A DNA stretch of 64,000 bases. Origin: Candidatus Krumholzibacteriia bacterium. Its GTDB lineage: Bacteria; Krumholzibacteriota; Krumholzibacteriia; JAJRXK01. The notes under the pieces are model-generated. The model was not told the DNA's origin. It saw only the letters and a program-made list of their open reading frames with translations, and ran no database searches. The translations under genes were made by a program, and so were the position numbers. Below are positions 10,480-20,230 of this stretch, one piece after another (positions within the stretch are counted from its first letter, which is position 1; every line of letters begins with the position of its first letter). The stretch lies in the NCBI GenBank assembly GCA_041484665.1, contig JBGPIA010000018.1:1-64000 (forward strand), written 5' to 3'.

Positions 10480-10915
10480 CGATCAAAGCGGAGGGCATTC
10501 CCGACGATCTTCAGACTGATATCGGCGGGTTGGATGCCGCACTCACGCAGGCTCGTCCGGAGCTGTCCCTGTCGAGCAACGCTGGTTACGGCATAGCCGG
10601 TACCGCATACTTCAGACGAGGATCCTCCTACCGGAGCCCTCCTCTCGAACTCGACTCGAGCCGCGCCCCAGCCTAGCTGCGGCGCGGCTCGCATCATCGC
10701 CCACACGAAGCCCCACACCTCCAGCCCCACGGCCGTCATTGCGACGTTCACGTGCTTACGGTTGTGGAGCCTGACAAACTTCCTCCCCAGGCGGCGCTGG
10801 GCCTTGACCGCGATCGCCACGACTTCTGGCAGCTGCCCCTCCCGCCGACGCGACAGCATCAGATCCGCGCCGACGCGGTGCCGGTTGTTCCACGCTCACC
10901 CCCGACGATGCGTCC
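10480..10915 (-). mobile_element. IS110-family remnant: transposase C-terminus plus 3' non-coding end
   Basis: AWNNRHR..LSRRREGQLPEVVAIAVKAQRRL..KHVNVAMTAV..GFVWAMM, followed by non-coding GGAGGATCCTCG..CAGCTCCGGACGA..CCAACCCGCCGATATCAG, which I recognise as typical of IS110 right ends. Confidence 0.7.
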
Positions 10916-10977
10916 GGGCCCCGACAACATCCCTGATCTGCTCGCCCGCTACAATGTCCCGTCGAGCATCACAGAGG

Positions 10978-11190
10978 CTAGGAACGGCGCTGGCCGGCCA
11001 TCAGCAGTGCGACGCCGCCCACCAGCACAACCACACCGACGACTGCCGGGACTGGAATGCTCTTGTGCTCCGTGGCCGTAACGCTCATCGAACCGATCTG
11101 AACGACCGTCCGGTTCTTGTTGTAGTTGATCCCCCCGTAGACTAGCGCGAGGACTCCAACGACCACGAGCACAATTCCAATGGTTCTCAT
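10978..11190 (-). CDS. Small two-TM membrane protein (DUF3185-like)
   Basis: MRTIGIVLVVVGVLALVYGGINY..IPVPAVVGVVVLVGGVALL. Confidence 0.8.
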   Translation of the reverse strand: MRTIGIVLVVVGVLALVYGGINYNKNRTVVQIGSMSVTATEHKSIPVPAVVGVVVLVGGVALLMAGQRRS

Positions 11191-11313
11191 TTCTCTTGCC
11201 CTTTCCTGTCTATGCGCCGCCTACACGTGCCCCCAGCCCGAGTCAGGCGGAAGAACGAGACAGCCACGGCGATGACGAACAGCAGGTCGATGTGACCACC
11301 ACACCACTCCTGA

Positions 11314-11755
11314 TCAGCGGAGGCACAAAGCGATGCCGACGCCCGCACAGGTAAAAGGCTGGTCGTTCAGCCCGATGCCGATCTCGCCGACCAGGCCAAC
11401 TGCGTGGCACAGGCCGTACTCGCTTCCGGGCACCACGTGCAATCTCGTGAACGTGTCGCCCACCCCTGTCGGGGCAGCCTTGATCCACTCGAACGAGGCA
11501 TCCAGCGCGCCGCACGGCTCTATGCTCTTGTCCATCTGCCCGCTCAACAGCGGTGTGACCTCGAACCGCGTGGTATCGCAATCCCCCGCCCTGCCGAACA
11601 TCCAGTGGACGACTCTCGCCAACCAGCACTCCGGGCCGGCATTCTTGTCCTTACCCTTCAGGATCCGCTACTCGTCACGCGCGTTCATGAACGTCGTCTT
11701 CACGACCAAGCCCGGCTTGGCCTCGGCGGCGAAGTGGTTCGGACTCCATACCCGT
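11314..11755 (-). pseudogene. Degraded ORF, possibly an outer-membrane beta-barrel
   Basis: Frame interrupted by stops; C-terminal alternating pattern LVGEIGIGLND..GVGIALCLR. Confidence 0.3.
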
Positions 11756-12148
11756 CACGAGCTGCGACCGCACACTCGTCATCTGCTTCGTTCTTGCCGT
11801 ATGCCATGACCGGAGCACCCACGGGCTTGAAGGCGCCGCGGTCGAGTGTCTCGGCGGACTGCAAGACACCGATGCGCGGAGCTGCGGCCGCTAGCCCAAA
11901 GCACACGCCGCGATCTAAAGCACGAACGCTTCGACAGATCCTTCTGCCATATGCTCTTGGCTAGAGAGACAATAGTCGGCCGATCGAAAGTCTCCCAACC
12001 AGCCATTGCTCATTGGCGGATGTGCATGCGCCACATCAGGAGCGTGATGCCGCCGAGCTCCCGAAAGAAGCCGGGTCGACGACGCCACGAACCACGAGCG
12101 GGATGCCAGTGAGCTCCACGTCCCATGCCACTTCTGGCCGAAGCGCGT

Positions 12149-12298
12149 TTACAGCACTTTTCGCCCCTGAATGACGCGGAGCAGCACGACGATGACGGCG
12201 ATCACGAGCAGAACATGGATGAAGCCGTGCATGGTAAAGGACGTAACAAGGCCGAGCAGCCACAGAACGATCAGCACGACTGCGATTGTCCACAACAT
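12149..12298 (-). CDS. lmo0937-family small membrane protein (49 aa, not in ORF track)
   Basis: MLWTIAVVLIVLWLLGLVTSFTMHGFIHVLLVIAVIVVLLRVIQGRKVL; AGGAGG RBS. Confidence 0.9.
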   Translation of the reverse strand: MLWTIAVVLIVLWLLGLVTSFTMHGFIHVLLVIAVIVVLLRVIQGRKVL

Positions 12299-12373
12299 GT
12301 AACACCTCCTACTCTACGGCCCGGAAGCGAGAGGAACGGCGCCAACCAAGGTTGTCCCTCTTCGCCGAGAGGC

Positions 12374-12874
12374 TTAGTGGGGAAACGTCCAACCGATCGT
12401 AAACTTGGCGTCCGGGACGTCGTTCAGGCTGAACTTGGCCTCGATGAAGAACCGGTCACCGTTGGTGAGTCCCTTCTCGATGCCGCCGAGCAAATTGACG
12501 CCCAGGTCGGTGTGCGAGTTGCTGTGTCCCCCGTTGTCGATGCTCTTGATGTTCGCGCCAAGGCCGCCCCCGAGGTACGGAGTCCACACGTCCCAGGTGG
12601 AGCTGAAGCGATACGCCGCCTCGGCGTTGACCGTGAAGAGCTTCAGGTTGTCGCCGAAGCCCGCCTCCAGGTTGGGCTGAAAGCGGACGTGCTGGGCGAA
12701 GTTGCCGAAATCGAGGTGCGCGCCGAAGTGGACCTGGTCGGGGTCGAGCGACAGGCCGACCCGCGGCCCCCAGCCGCGGAAACCGACGTCGGTGTCAGGA
12801 CCCGCTAGAGCATGGGCGGGACCCAGGGCTAGGGCCAGCGCAGCTGTAAGCAGAAACATTCGAGAGCTCTTCAT
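12374..12874 (-). CDS. Small outer-membrane beta-barrel protein
   Basis: Signal peptide (AHALA); PYLGGGLG; FFIEAKF; C-terminal FTIGWTF. Confidence 0.8.
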   Translation of the reverse strand: MKSSRMFLLTAALALALGPAHALAGPDTDVGFRGWGPRVGLSLDPDQVHFGAHLDFGNFAQHVRFQPNLEAGFGDNLKLFTVNAEAAYRFSSTWDVWTPYLGGGLGANIKSIDNGGHSNSHTDLGVNLLGGIEKGLTNGDRFFIEAKFSLNDVPDAKFTIGWTFPH

Positions 12875-13005
12875 CTCGTTCTCCTCTTATTGCCTGCGGC
12901 TGCAGTCTGAATCGCCGGAGCCCGCTCTGCTGCCATCCCTCACTGGTCGGATCTGGTCTTCCGATGGAGTCCGATCGATGGTACCGGCCAGCGATGGGTT
13001 CCGGA

Positions 13006-13668
13006 TCATTTTTGAGCCACGACCTGAATGCTCGTCGAGGACGTCATATGGACGTTCAGCCTTTGACCTGCTTCGAGCTCCACCTCGTCACCCTTGGTCG
13101 CGAGCATGATGACGGTCCCGGCGCCCGCTCCGGCGCCTGCCCCGATCGCTGCGCCCTTCCCTCCACCTGCAATCCCGCCGATGATCGCGCCGAGGACGCC
13201 CCCTGCCGCGATTTTCTCAACGTCGCTCGCCGTGGCGGAGGCCGCCTGCAGCGTGAGCGGTAGTGCGGAGATCGTGTGGGTTTTGCCCTGCGAGTCGACG
13301 ATCGACTCGTACGTGAGCGTCATCCGAGCGCGGCCCTTGATCCGACCGGATGCCTGGACGTCGCGCACCACTCCGTGGATCCGTGCGCCGGCCGGAACGG
13401 CTGTCTTTCCGCCCACGATGATCGCTTCGGTTGTCGTGGCGCCGAAGGGATCGCCGGTGTGGATCGTTTCCGTGGAGAGCGGCGTGTCGAGTGACGCGAC
13501 GACATTGGTTTCATCTGGGATGACGAGTGTCTCAAAGCGCGGCTTCTGTGCCGCCGTGGTTGGCGCGGCCGCCGCGTTCCGGACGCTTGCTTGATCCTTC
13601 GTGCATCCCACCGTGATCGCCACGGCGAGCAGCATGAGGGTGCCAATGCTGGCTGAAAGTCGTTTCAT
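13006..13668 (-). CDS. Lipoprotein with TrbI/VirB10-like beta domain and glycine zipper
   Basis: Lipobox ITVGC; GDPF..VPAGARIHGVV..SGRIKGRA; GGVLGAIIGGIAGGGKGAAIGAGAGAGAG. Confidence 0.7.
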   Translation of the reverse strand: MKRLSASIGTLMLLAVAITVGCTKDQASVRNAAAAPTTAAQKPRFETLVIPDETNVVASLDTPLSTETIHTGDPFGATTTEAIIVGGKTAVPAGARIHGVVRDVQASGRIKGRARMTLTYESIVDSQGKTHTISALPLTLQAASATASDVEKIAAGGVLGAIIGGIAGGGKGAAIGAGAGAGAGTVIMLATKGDEVELEAGQRLNVHMTSSTSIQVVAQK

Positions 13669-13788
13669 GGTGAGTAACCTCTCCTTCTGGAATCGAGCGA
13701 GGGAGTACCCCCTCGTCAACGCTCTTGAATCTTCTCTCCTCGAAAACCGACCGAATCAGCCATCCGCCTCGTTCGCAGTTTTCGCCGC

Positions 13789-14064
13789 TTACGGTGATGG
13801 CTTCGGGTTCTTGAACGCGGCAGCGAGTTCGTTCCAGGCGCTCTTCATCTCGACCTTGAGGTGCACCCGCTCCGTGTCTCCCGCTGCCCTGAACTGGTCG
13901 ACCTTGGACAGCGCTATCGCGTGCAAGGCCTTCAGTTCGTCGATGTACATGAGGGCATCGAAACCAGCCTGGACGCCGGGCATCTGGGTCTTGGCCGCGA
14001 GATTGTCTATCTTCATGCTCCAAAGCCTGAGCTGTGCCTCTAACTTCTCCACGGGAGCTTCCAT
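13789..14064 (-). CDS. Small coiled-coil stress-type protein
   Basis: KLEAQLRLWSMKIDNLAAK..IDELKA..KSAWNEL; start uncertain. Confidence 0.6.
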   Translation of the reverse strand: MEAPVEKLEAQLRLWSMKIDNLAAKTQMPGVQAGFDALMYIDELKALHAIALSKVDQFRAAGDTERVHLKVEMKSAWNELAAAFKNPKPSP

Positions 14065-14238
14065 GATGTTCTCGTTCCGATGCCGATCGCGTCTCGCGTC
14101 CGGGGGGGTATCCAGGCGGTCTCAACTTCCCGCAGCTCCAGTTCGCACAAGCCCCCCGTCAATTGGCGGCCAGGCGTTTCTTGGCGGGGCCGCGATCCCT
14201 GATGAATTGCCACTGTCAGGGGCCAGCACAGTCGATTA

Positions 14239-14341
14239 GCCACTTTCATGCCCTTGCGTAAGTGCTTGATGTCAAAGGAGTTCAACAAAAGATGGTGCTT
14301 GAAAGCCCCATCAAAACGAGGTAGGGTCAATCAAAGTGAAG
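14239..14341 (-). promoter_or_regulatory. Putative sigma-54 promoter, IHF site and paired activator boxes
   Basis: Minus strand GG-CATGAAAGTG-GC (14252-14239); CATCAAGCACTTA IHF-like (14259-14271); boxes CATCAAAACGAGG (14309) and AATCAAAGTGAAG (14329). Confidence 0.5.
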
Positions 14342-14350
14342 GAGCGGGCC

Positions 14351-16018
14351 ATGCGCGTCGAAGACCTGAACATCAGCGAATTGGTGGAGTTCGACTCTGA
14401 GGACGGCGTGGTCCGCTTCGCAGGTCAGCGCGCGCTCATTATCGACGCAACGGCGAAAGGAAACCTGCGCAAGGAGCTGGTCAACCACTTCGGCCTCAGC
14501 ACCGCGCGCGCTGTCCTTACCCGGTTTGGCTTTGTACAGGGCTGGCGCATGGCCGAGGCGATGCAGGACCTCTTCCAATGGGAGAGCGAGGACGACTGGC
14601 ACCACGCGTGCGGGCGCCTCCACATGCTCGAAGGCATGTACCGCCTAGGGCCGGGCACCCCTGGTTCGTTGACGAAGGAGGGTCTGACGCTCGTCGGCTC
14701 GTACGAGGCGGAGCAGCACATCGCCCACCTTGGGCGTAGCGACACCTCCGTGTGCTGGACAATCTGCGGTCTCACCAGCGGCTACCTGAGTCGGGCAATG
14801 GGCAAGGAGATTTACGTTCTCGAGGAACGCTGCATCGGACGGGGCGACGCCGTTTGCCACCTCCTCGGTCGGACACTCGAGGAGTGGGGCGACGATCGGG
14901 CTGATGAGCTCCGCTTCTACCGCGTCGAGAACCTCAAGGAATGGCTCGAGCCCTCGCTCCACCGAATCACCGAGAACCTCAAGGAGGCCGAAAGGAAGCT
15001 CCGCCAGAAGAAGCGCGTGCTCGCCCGCGCGGCCCCCGAGGTCGAGGATCCACTCGGGATGATCGCCCGGAGTGCCGCCATGCGGCGTCTCGTCGACCTC
15101 GCCCGGCGGATCGCGAAGGTGGACTCCACCGTCCTCATCACGGGCGAGAGCGGAACGGGCAAAGAGCTCATCGCGCACTTGGTGCACGATGAGTCCACCC
15201 GCGCACCGGGTCCGTTCATCGCAGTCAACTGCGGTGCGATCACCGAGTCTCTCCTCGAGAGCGAACTCTTTGGCCACGCGCGCGGTGCGTTCACAGGCGC
15301 TGCGCAGGACCGGGTCGGCCTGTTCGAGGCGGCAAACGGCGGAACGCTGCTACTCGACGAGATCGGCGACGTCTCGCCCGGCATGCAGGTCAAGCTGCTG
15401 CGGGTCCTCCAGGAGCGCGAAATCCGCCGCGTCGGCGAGAACAAGAGCCGGCCCGTAAACGTGCGGGTAATGGCCGCGACCAACCGCGAGCTCGCCGCGG
15501 ACATTGCAGCGGGCCGCTTCCGCAAGGATCTGTACTACCGGCTGAACGTGGTTCAGCTGCACGTACCGTCGCTCCGGAATCGGCGGGAGGACATCCTGCC
15601 GCTCGCGCGCGTGCTGCTAGCCGATGCGGCCGCGCGGTTCAAGCGCCCGGTCACCGGGCTATCACCGCGCGCCGCGGACCAGCTTTTGCGGTACGACTGG
15701 CCGGGCAACGTGCGCGAACTGGAGAACGCCATGGAACGTGCCGTCGCGCTCGGCCGCGCCAACCTCATGGAACTCGACGATCTGCCCGAGGAGGTCCGGC
15801 GGGCGATCCCGACACCGTCGGTTGCAGGTCCAGTGAGGGCGCTCGACGAGATTGAGAAGGACTACATCATGGCGGTGCTCGACCTCAACGGCGGAAACCA
15901 GACCCGCACGGCCGAACAACTCGGCATCGGTTCGGCAACGCTTTACAGGAAGCTCAAGAGCTACGGCGTCGTTCGTCGAACTCGCACCGCGGGAGGTGGG
16001 GATTCTGCCCCGCGCTGA
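14351..16018 (+). CDS. Sigma-54 enhancer-binding protein, XylR_N + V4R + AAA+ + Fis HTH
   Basis: GESGTGKE, ESELFGH, GAFTGA, FRKDLYYRLNV, WPGNVRELEN, C-terminal LGIGSATLYRKL; V4R-like CW..GLTSGY..EERC..GD..C. Confidence 0.95.
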   Translation: MRVEDLNISELVEFDSEDGVVRFAGQRALIIDATAKGNLRKELVNHFGLSTARAVLTRFGFVQGWRMAEAMQDLFQWESEDDWHHACGRLHMLEGMYRLGPGTPGSLTKEGLTLVGSYEAEQHIAHLGRSDTSVCWTICGLTSGYLSRAMGKEIYVLEERCIGRGDAVCHLLGRTLEEWGDDRADELRFYRVENLKEWLEPSLHRITENLKEAERKLRQKKRVLARAAPEVEDPLGMIARSAAMRRLVDLARRIAKVDSTVLITGESGTGKELIAHLVHDESTRAPGPFIAVNCGAITESLLESELFGHARGAFTGAAQDRVGLFEAANGGTLLLDEIGDVSPGMQVKLLRVLQEREIRRVGENKSRPVNVRVMAATNRELAADIAAGRFRKDLYYRLNVVQLHVPSLRNRREDILPLARVLLADAAARFKRPVTGLSPRAADQLLRYDWPGNVRELENAMERAVALGRANLMELDDLPEEVRRAIPTPSVAGPVRALDEIEKDYIMAVLDLNGGNQTRTAEQLGIGSATLYRKLKSYGVVRRTRTAGGGDSAPR

Positions 16019-16030
16019 GGTCGACCTGAC

Positions 16031-18106
16031 TCAGGGGATCTCCCAGCCGATGGAGACGGCCGAGTTTCCATCATCGAACCCGCGGGCCGCATCGATCCGA
16101 AGCTGACCCTTCATGCCCAGACCCCGCAACCGGAGGCCCGTTCCGCCATCCACCTGCCACGGGATTCGGCTGGCCCGCCCCGTATCCCATGGCTTGGCCC
16201 CGTCGACGAAGAGGGCCCAGCCGAGTTGCAGGGGCCCCAGTTTCCATGGCCACGCCTGCCTCTCGATCGTCCCGTGGACGAGCGTACGCCCAAAGACACG
16301 GCCCGCAACGACGCCCCCGTTCAGCAAGGGGTGAGCCCGCAGGAGTGGGGCACGCCCGTATCCAGTTCCCGCTCCGGACCAGAGAGCCAGAGGAGCTTCG
16401 GAAGTCGTACTGGATATCCCCAAACGGCCTCGCCACGCGTCGCATCGTTCCAGACCGCTTGAGCACCATTTGAGGGACAGGCCACCGGCCCCGAACGGAG
16501 CACCGTTCTTAAGGCTCATCCACGTCGCCGCCTCCGCTCCCAGCGCCAAGCGGTCGCGTGCCCATCGTGTTTCGACGCTTCCCTCTAGTGAGAGATGGGC
16601 TCCCCGGTCGGCCCACTCATCCAACGCCGCACCGACCTTGAGGCGGAGATCCGGTCCGAGCCAATCTGAGAAGGAGAGCGCGGCGCGTCGGCGCTCCTCC
16701 CGGCTCACCCCCGCGCGGGTCGTATCGCTCGAGTCCGAAAGAGTCCGAGGCGCATAGGCCTGTCGTTCCCAGAAGCCATCCACGCGCCAGATCCCGGGCC
16801 GGCCTCCGGCTGCCGGAACCGTCAGCGCCAGCGAGACGCGTGGTCGTTCCTCCCACCATCTCCACCCGGCGGTCCACAGCTCCCCATTCCCAGTGGGGCT
16901 CGCCACATCGAAGGTGACCTCACGCCCTAGGAAAGCCTTGATGCCTGCTCTCCCAACGTCCCACGGGCCTTCGAACACGCGTGGGCGCTCCAGCAGAGTC
17001 ACGTTCACTTGAGCGTTTCCATCCGACAAGGGCCTCAAGCTCAGCCGGAACTCCGACTGGGCGGGCATTTCGGCCAGGCGCCGGCGCGCTTGACGGAAGG
17101 CGTGCGGTGTGAGAAGCCGCCCTGGCGGCAGATTGAGCTGGCCGGCCACGGCGGAAAAGCGGATGCGCGTCAGACCATCGATGCGCGTCAAGTCGGTCCT
17201 CGGTTCGGACACGTGGTTCCAGGCACAGAGCGCGCCCTCCACATCCCCAGCCAGGAAGCAGCTGCCAGCCAGAAGTCGCCAGGTGTGGGCATCGCTCGCA
17301 TCGAGAGCCAGGGCACGCTCCGCCAGCCGGCTCGCGCCCGCCCAGTCCTCGGCGCGAAACTGTAACCCCGCGCGTTCCCGGAGTGGGGCGGCGGATGTAG
17401 GACACAGGGACTGGGCCGCCAGGAACTTGAGCTCCGCTGCCGCGGTGTCTCCTCGCTGCGCCAAGAGGATTCCCGCCTCCACCATGGCGCCACATCCATC
17501 TGGGGCGGCAGGCGATGGGGGGTCGGCCGCCGCGGGATCCGGTGCGCCCTGCTCCTTCGTTCCCCGCGGAGGAAGGACCAAGAGTGCCCAGCCTCCACTC
17601 CCGGACCAGGCGGTATTAAACTCTCCTTCGCGAATGGCACGGAACGGCCCCACGTTTGGGTCATGGATGATCACCCACCCGTTGGCCCAGGCCACGAGCA
17701 CCACGTAGTGATAGGAGCCTGAGCCCGCCCGGATCAGTGCGATGACTGGGCGACCCTGGGCAAGATGGCTCTCAACCTCGGTCGGAGTTTCCGGCAAGGG
17801 AAACGCGGTCCACCCGTCGGCCTCGACGGCCTTCACGAGGGCGCCGGTTCGTATACCGGACTGTCCCGGCTCCACCAGTGCAGCGAAGTCCTCGGCCAGG
17901 ACCCCGGGCTTCCCCCAGTAACGTAGAACCATGGCGAGAGCGGCCCCGCCACACAGTGCTCCGCTCTGGGGGACATACGGCACGTCGAGAAGCTGCACAT
18001 TCTCCGGAGCGCTCCTCTCATCCGAGGGCGTTCCGGCGGCCGCGGGGGCGGACCAAGCAAGAGCGGCCGCCGCCACGCAGACGCCAACTGCACGCCACGA
18101 TCTCAC
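16031..18106 (-). CDS. C39-family cysteine peptidase (PA2778-like) + TPR + C-terminal Omp85-like beta-barrel
   Basis: VPYVPQSGALCGGAALAMVLRYWG (Q,C), HYVV (H), IHDP (D); TPR-like helices; tail GTGLRL..LRIDAARG..VSIGW. Confidence 0.75.
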   Translation of the reverse strand: MRSWRAVGVCVAAAALAWSAPAAAGTPSDERSAPENVQLLDVPYVPQSGALCGGAALAMVLRYWGKPGVLAEDFAALVEPGQSGIRTGALVKAVEADGWTAFPLPETPTEVESHLAQGRPVIALIRAGSGSYHYVVLVAWANGWVIIHDPNVGPFRAIREGEFNTAWSGSGGWALLVLPPRGTKEQGAPDPAAADPPSPAAPDGCGAMVEAGILLAQRGDTAAAELKFLAAQSLCPTSAAPLRERAGLQFRAEDWAGASRLAERALALDASDAHTWRLLAGSCFLAGDVEGALCAWNHVSEPRTDLTRIDGLTRIRFSAVAGQLNLPPGRLLTPHAFRQARRRLAEMPAQSEFRLSLRPLSDGNAQVNVTLLERPRVFEGPWDVGRAGIKAFLGREVTFDVASPTGNGELWTAGWRWWEERPRVSLALTVPAAGGRPGIWRVDGFWERQAYAPRTLSDSSDTTRAGVSREERRRAALSFSDWLGPDLRLKVGAALDEWADRGAHLSLEGSVETRWARDRLALGAEAATWMSLKNGAPFGAGGLSLKWCSSGLERCDAWRGRLGISSTTSEAPLALWSGAGTGYGRAPLLRAHPLLNGGVVAGRVFGRTLVHGTIERQAWPWKLGPLQLGWALFVDGAKPWDTGRASRIPWQVDGGTGLRLRGLGMKGQLRIDAARGFDDGNSAVSIGWEIP

Positions 18107-18118
18107 GAACGGAAGCGC

Positions 18119-18520
18119 TCAGCGCGCAAGAAGAATGAGGATCAGCAGAATAATGATGATCGCAGTCGCGGAGATTACGATTTTTTCATCTCCACCGGCG
18201 AGGCCGGCGTTGACCTCTCTGGCCTGCGCAGCCATCTTCTCGAGTGAGGGTCCCGACAGGACCGCGGCGGCGGCGTTGGCCCGCTCGAGATCCAGGCCGG
18301 CAGATCCGGCAATCTGGCGGACATCCGCCCGCTGCAACATGATCTGAATCGCCTCTCGGTCGGCTTCGGCCTGGCCGATTTGCTGATCGATCCTGGCCTG
18401 GATCTCATTCTCGCCGACTACGTGACGTTGCGGCTCACCGGCCAGGCTGGCTCCCGCCGCGCCGACAGCGATCACGCCCACGGCAAAGACAGCTAGGGCG
18501 AATCTCTTGTACATTGTCAT
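18119..18520 (-). CDS. PA2779-family protein
   Basis: Signal peptide; R..I..MLQRADV....G.D..RA; ends LAGG-DEKIVISATAIIIILLILILLAR. Confidence 0.75.
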   Translation of the reverse strand: MTMYKRFALAVFAVGVIAVGAAGASLAGEPQRHVVGENEIQARIDQQIGQAEADREAIQIMLQRADVRQIAGSAGLDLERANAAAAVLSGPSLEKMAAQAREVNAGLAGGDEKIVISATAIIIILLILILLAR

Positions 18521-18645
18521 GACATGCTCCTATTCGTCTACTGGACCGAAGTTTTACCCGAGCCGGCTATCTCGCGATGCCTTTGAAGTGTACGACCCGG
18601 TCCGCTTTGGGCCGACCTCCCTCATGTTGATCCGGTTCAAGTCAC

Positions 18646-18760
18646 GCATCCAACGTGCCGCTGCGGGATTGTCACGTAACTGCTTGATTCCATGTCACCT
18701 GGCAGCACCAGATCTCTGGAGACTTTCGATCATATTGAATTCACATCCATCACTATGATG
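18646..18760 (-). promoter_or_regulatory. Sigma-54 promoter, IHF site and paired activator boxes for the PA2779/C39 operon
   Basis: Minus strand CGGCACGTTGGATGC (GG-N10-GC, 18659-18646); exact IHF consensus AATCAAGCAGTTA (18689-18677); boxes GATCATATTGAAT (18728) and CATCACTATGATG (18748). Confidence 0.65.
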
Positions 18761-18896
18761 AGAGAATGATCCGCGCTTCCTTCGGATCGAGGACTCCCTG
18801 CGGGCCACTTCACCACCATCCCCGATCCCTCCCAACACCATCCACTTGAGCTTCTAGGGCTCAGGTTTCAACTGAACTGAGACATGACGATCCCCG

Positions 18897-19008
18897 CATC
18901 GCAATGATGTGCCACCCATCGTTTTGATGGGGTCCGCGCGAACCTATTTTCTGTTAGATGGTTGAATCATAGTCAGTTACGCCATCCCCGAGACGGCATG
19001 CGAGTTGC
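18897..19008 (+). promoter_or_regulatory. Paired activator boxes and sigma-54 promoter for the OMP/YtxH operon
   Basis: Boxes CATCGCAATGATG (18897) and CATCGTTTTGATG (18917); CGGCATGCGAGTTGC (GG 18995, GC 19007). Confidence 0.65.
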
Positions 19009-19124
19009 GCTATCGAACCGTTGTACGGGGAGACAGGAGCAGGGGGAGTTAGGCCTGCGACTGATCGAAGCAGCGTGCAAACGGGTGCACCGGTCTTGTG
19101 AACGGTCACTGAAGGGAGAATCTC

Positions 19125-19820
19125 ATGCGACGAGACATCCACGATGGTTGCAGAGGAACAGCTGTGAGGTCGAAACCCGCTCTGGTCCTGTTGGTCATGT
19201 TCAGCATGGTTAGTCTCGCGCCCCAAGCTTTCGGGGCGGGGAGACTCGGAAGCTACTTGGCGCTCAAAGGCGGCATCCATTCACCTAGCGCGTCCTTCAA
19301 CCTCAGCAATGTCGACATCCAGACCACCTTCGACGGCGAGACAAAGACAGGAGTCGCCGGTGAGATTGCGATCGGTCACTACTTCCTTCCCACGCTCGCC
19401 CTTGAGCTGGGTATGGGATACTTCAAGGGAAAGGCTTCCTTCGAAGCAGAAGGTGTGACAGCAGCTCGCCGCCAGGCGGATTTCAACGTCATCCCGGTCA
19501 TCGTGTCCGCCAAGGCTCTCATTCCGGTCGGGCCAGTCGATCCATACGGTGAGTTGGGGATCGGCGCTTACTTCACGAAATTCAACGTGAGCGACAATCT
19601 CAACACCTTCAGTGGAACCACGACCTTCGGGCTTCATACCGGAGCTGGAATGAACGTCAATATCACGCAGAACGCTTTTATAGGGGTAGAGGGGAGATAC
19701 GTCTGGGCGAATCCGTCATTCGGTGGCCAGAAGATCAAGCTGAACGATACCGAGTATGCCCTGAACGGATTCAAGCTGAACGGATTCACCACGACGTTGG
19801 CCTTGGGCTTCAGCTTCTGA
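19125..19820 (+). CDS. Outer-membrane beta-barrel protein (OmpW/OmpA-TM-like)
   Basis: Signal peptide (PQAFG); DPYGELGIGAYF; GVEGRYVW; terminal LGFSF; start could be further downstream. Confidence 0.85.
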   Translation: MRRDIHDGCRGTAVRSKPALVLLVMFSMVSLAPQAFGAGRLGSYLALKGGIHSPSASFNLSNVDIQTTFDGETKTGVAGEIAIGHYFLPTLALELGMGYFKGKASFEAEGVTAARRQADFNVIPVIVSAKALIPVGPVDPYGELGIGAYFTKFNVSDNLNTFSGTTTFGLHTGAGMNVNITQNAFIGVEGRYVWANPSFGGQKIKLNDTEYALNGFKLNGFTTTLALGFSF

Positions 19821-19906
19821 AGTCGGAATACGTCGTCCCCCGACCGAGGCCGTGCTAGGGTATCGACGACATCGCCAGGGGAAGATCCCCCAGGGAGGAA
19901 ACGAAC

Positions 19907-20209
19907 ATGTCTGACCGGAACCCGAATGCCGATCGTTTGACGTATCTTCTGATTGGAGCTGGAATTGGCGCGACGCTCGCCCTCCTGTTCGCCCCAAAAT
20001 CGGGCAAGGAGCTGCGCAAGGACATCGCCGACGTCTCCCGTACGGGCATCCAGAAGGGCAGTCAGGCCGCCCATACCATCGGGGACAGGGTCTCCGAGCG
20101 CGCCGAGGGCGTCCGCGAAGCCGTCGAGAGGCAAAAGACCTCCCTCGCCAGTGCGATCGAGGCCGGCAAGACCGCCTATCGCGAAGAGCGCTCGCGGAGC
20201 GACTCCTAG
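19907..20209 (+). CDS. YtxH-domain general stress protein
   Basis: LLIGAGIGATLALLFAPKSGKELR; GGAGG RBS. Confidence 0.9.
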   Translation: MSDRNPNADRLTYLLIGAGIGATLALLFAPKSGKELRKDIADVSRTGIQKGSQAAHTIGDRVSERAEGVREAVERQKTSLASAIEAGKTAYREERSRSDS

Positions 20210-20230
20210 CCCCCATCCCGGGAGGGATTC

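Noticed and set aside
18901..18914. Minus-strand TGGCAC..TTGC sigma-54-like sequence
   Set aside because: GG-GC spacing is 9 rather than 10, and it overlaps a proposed activator box.
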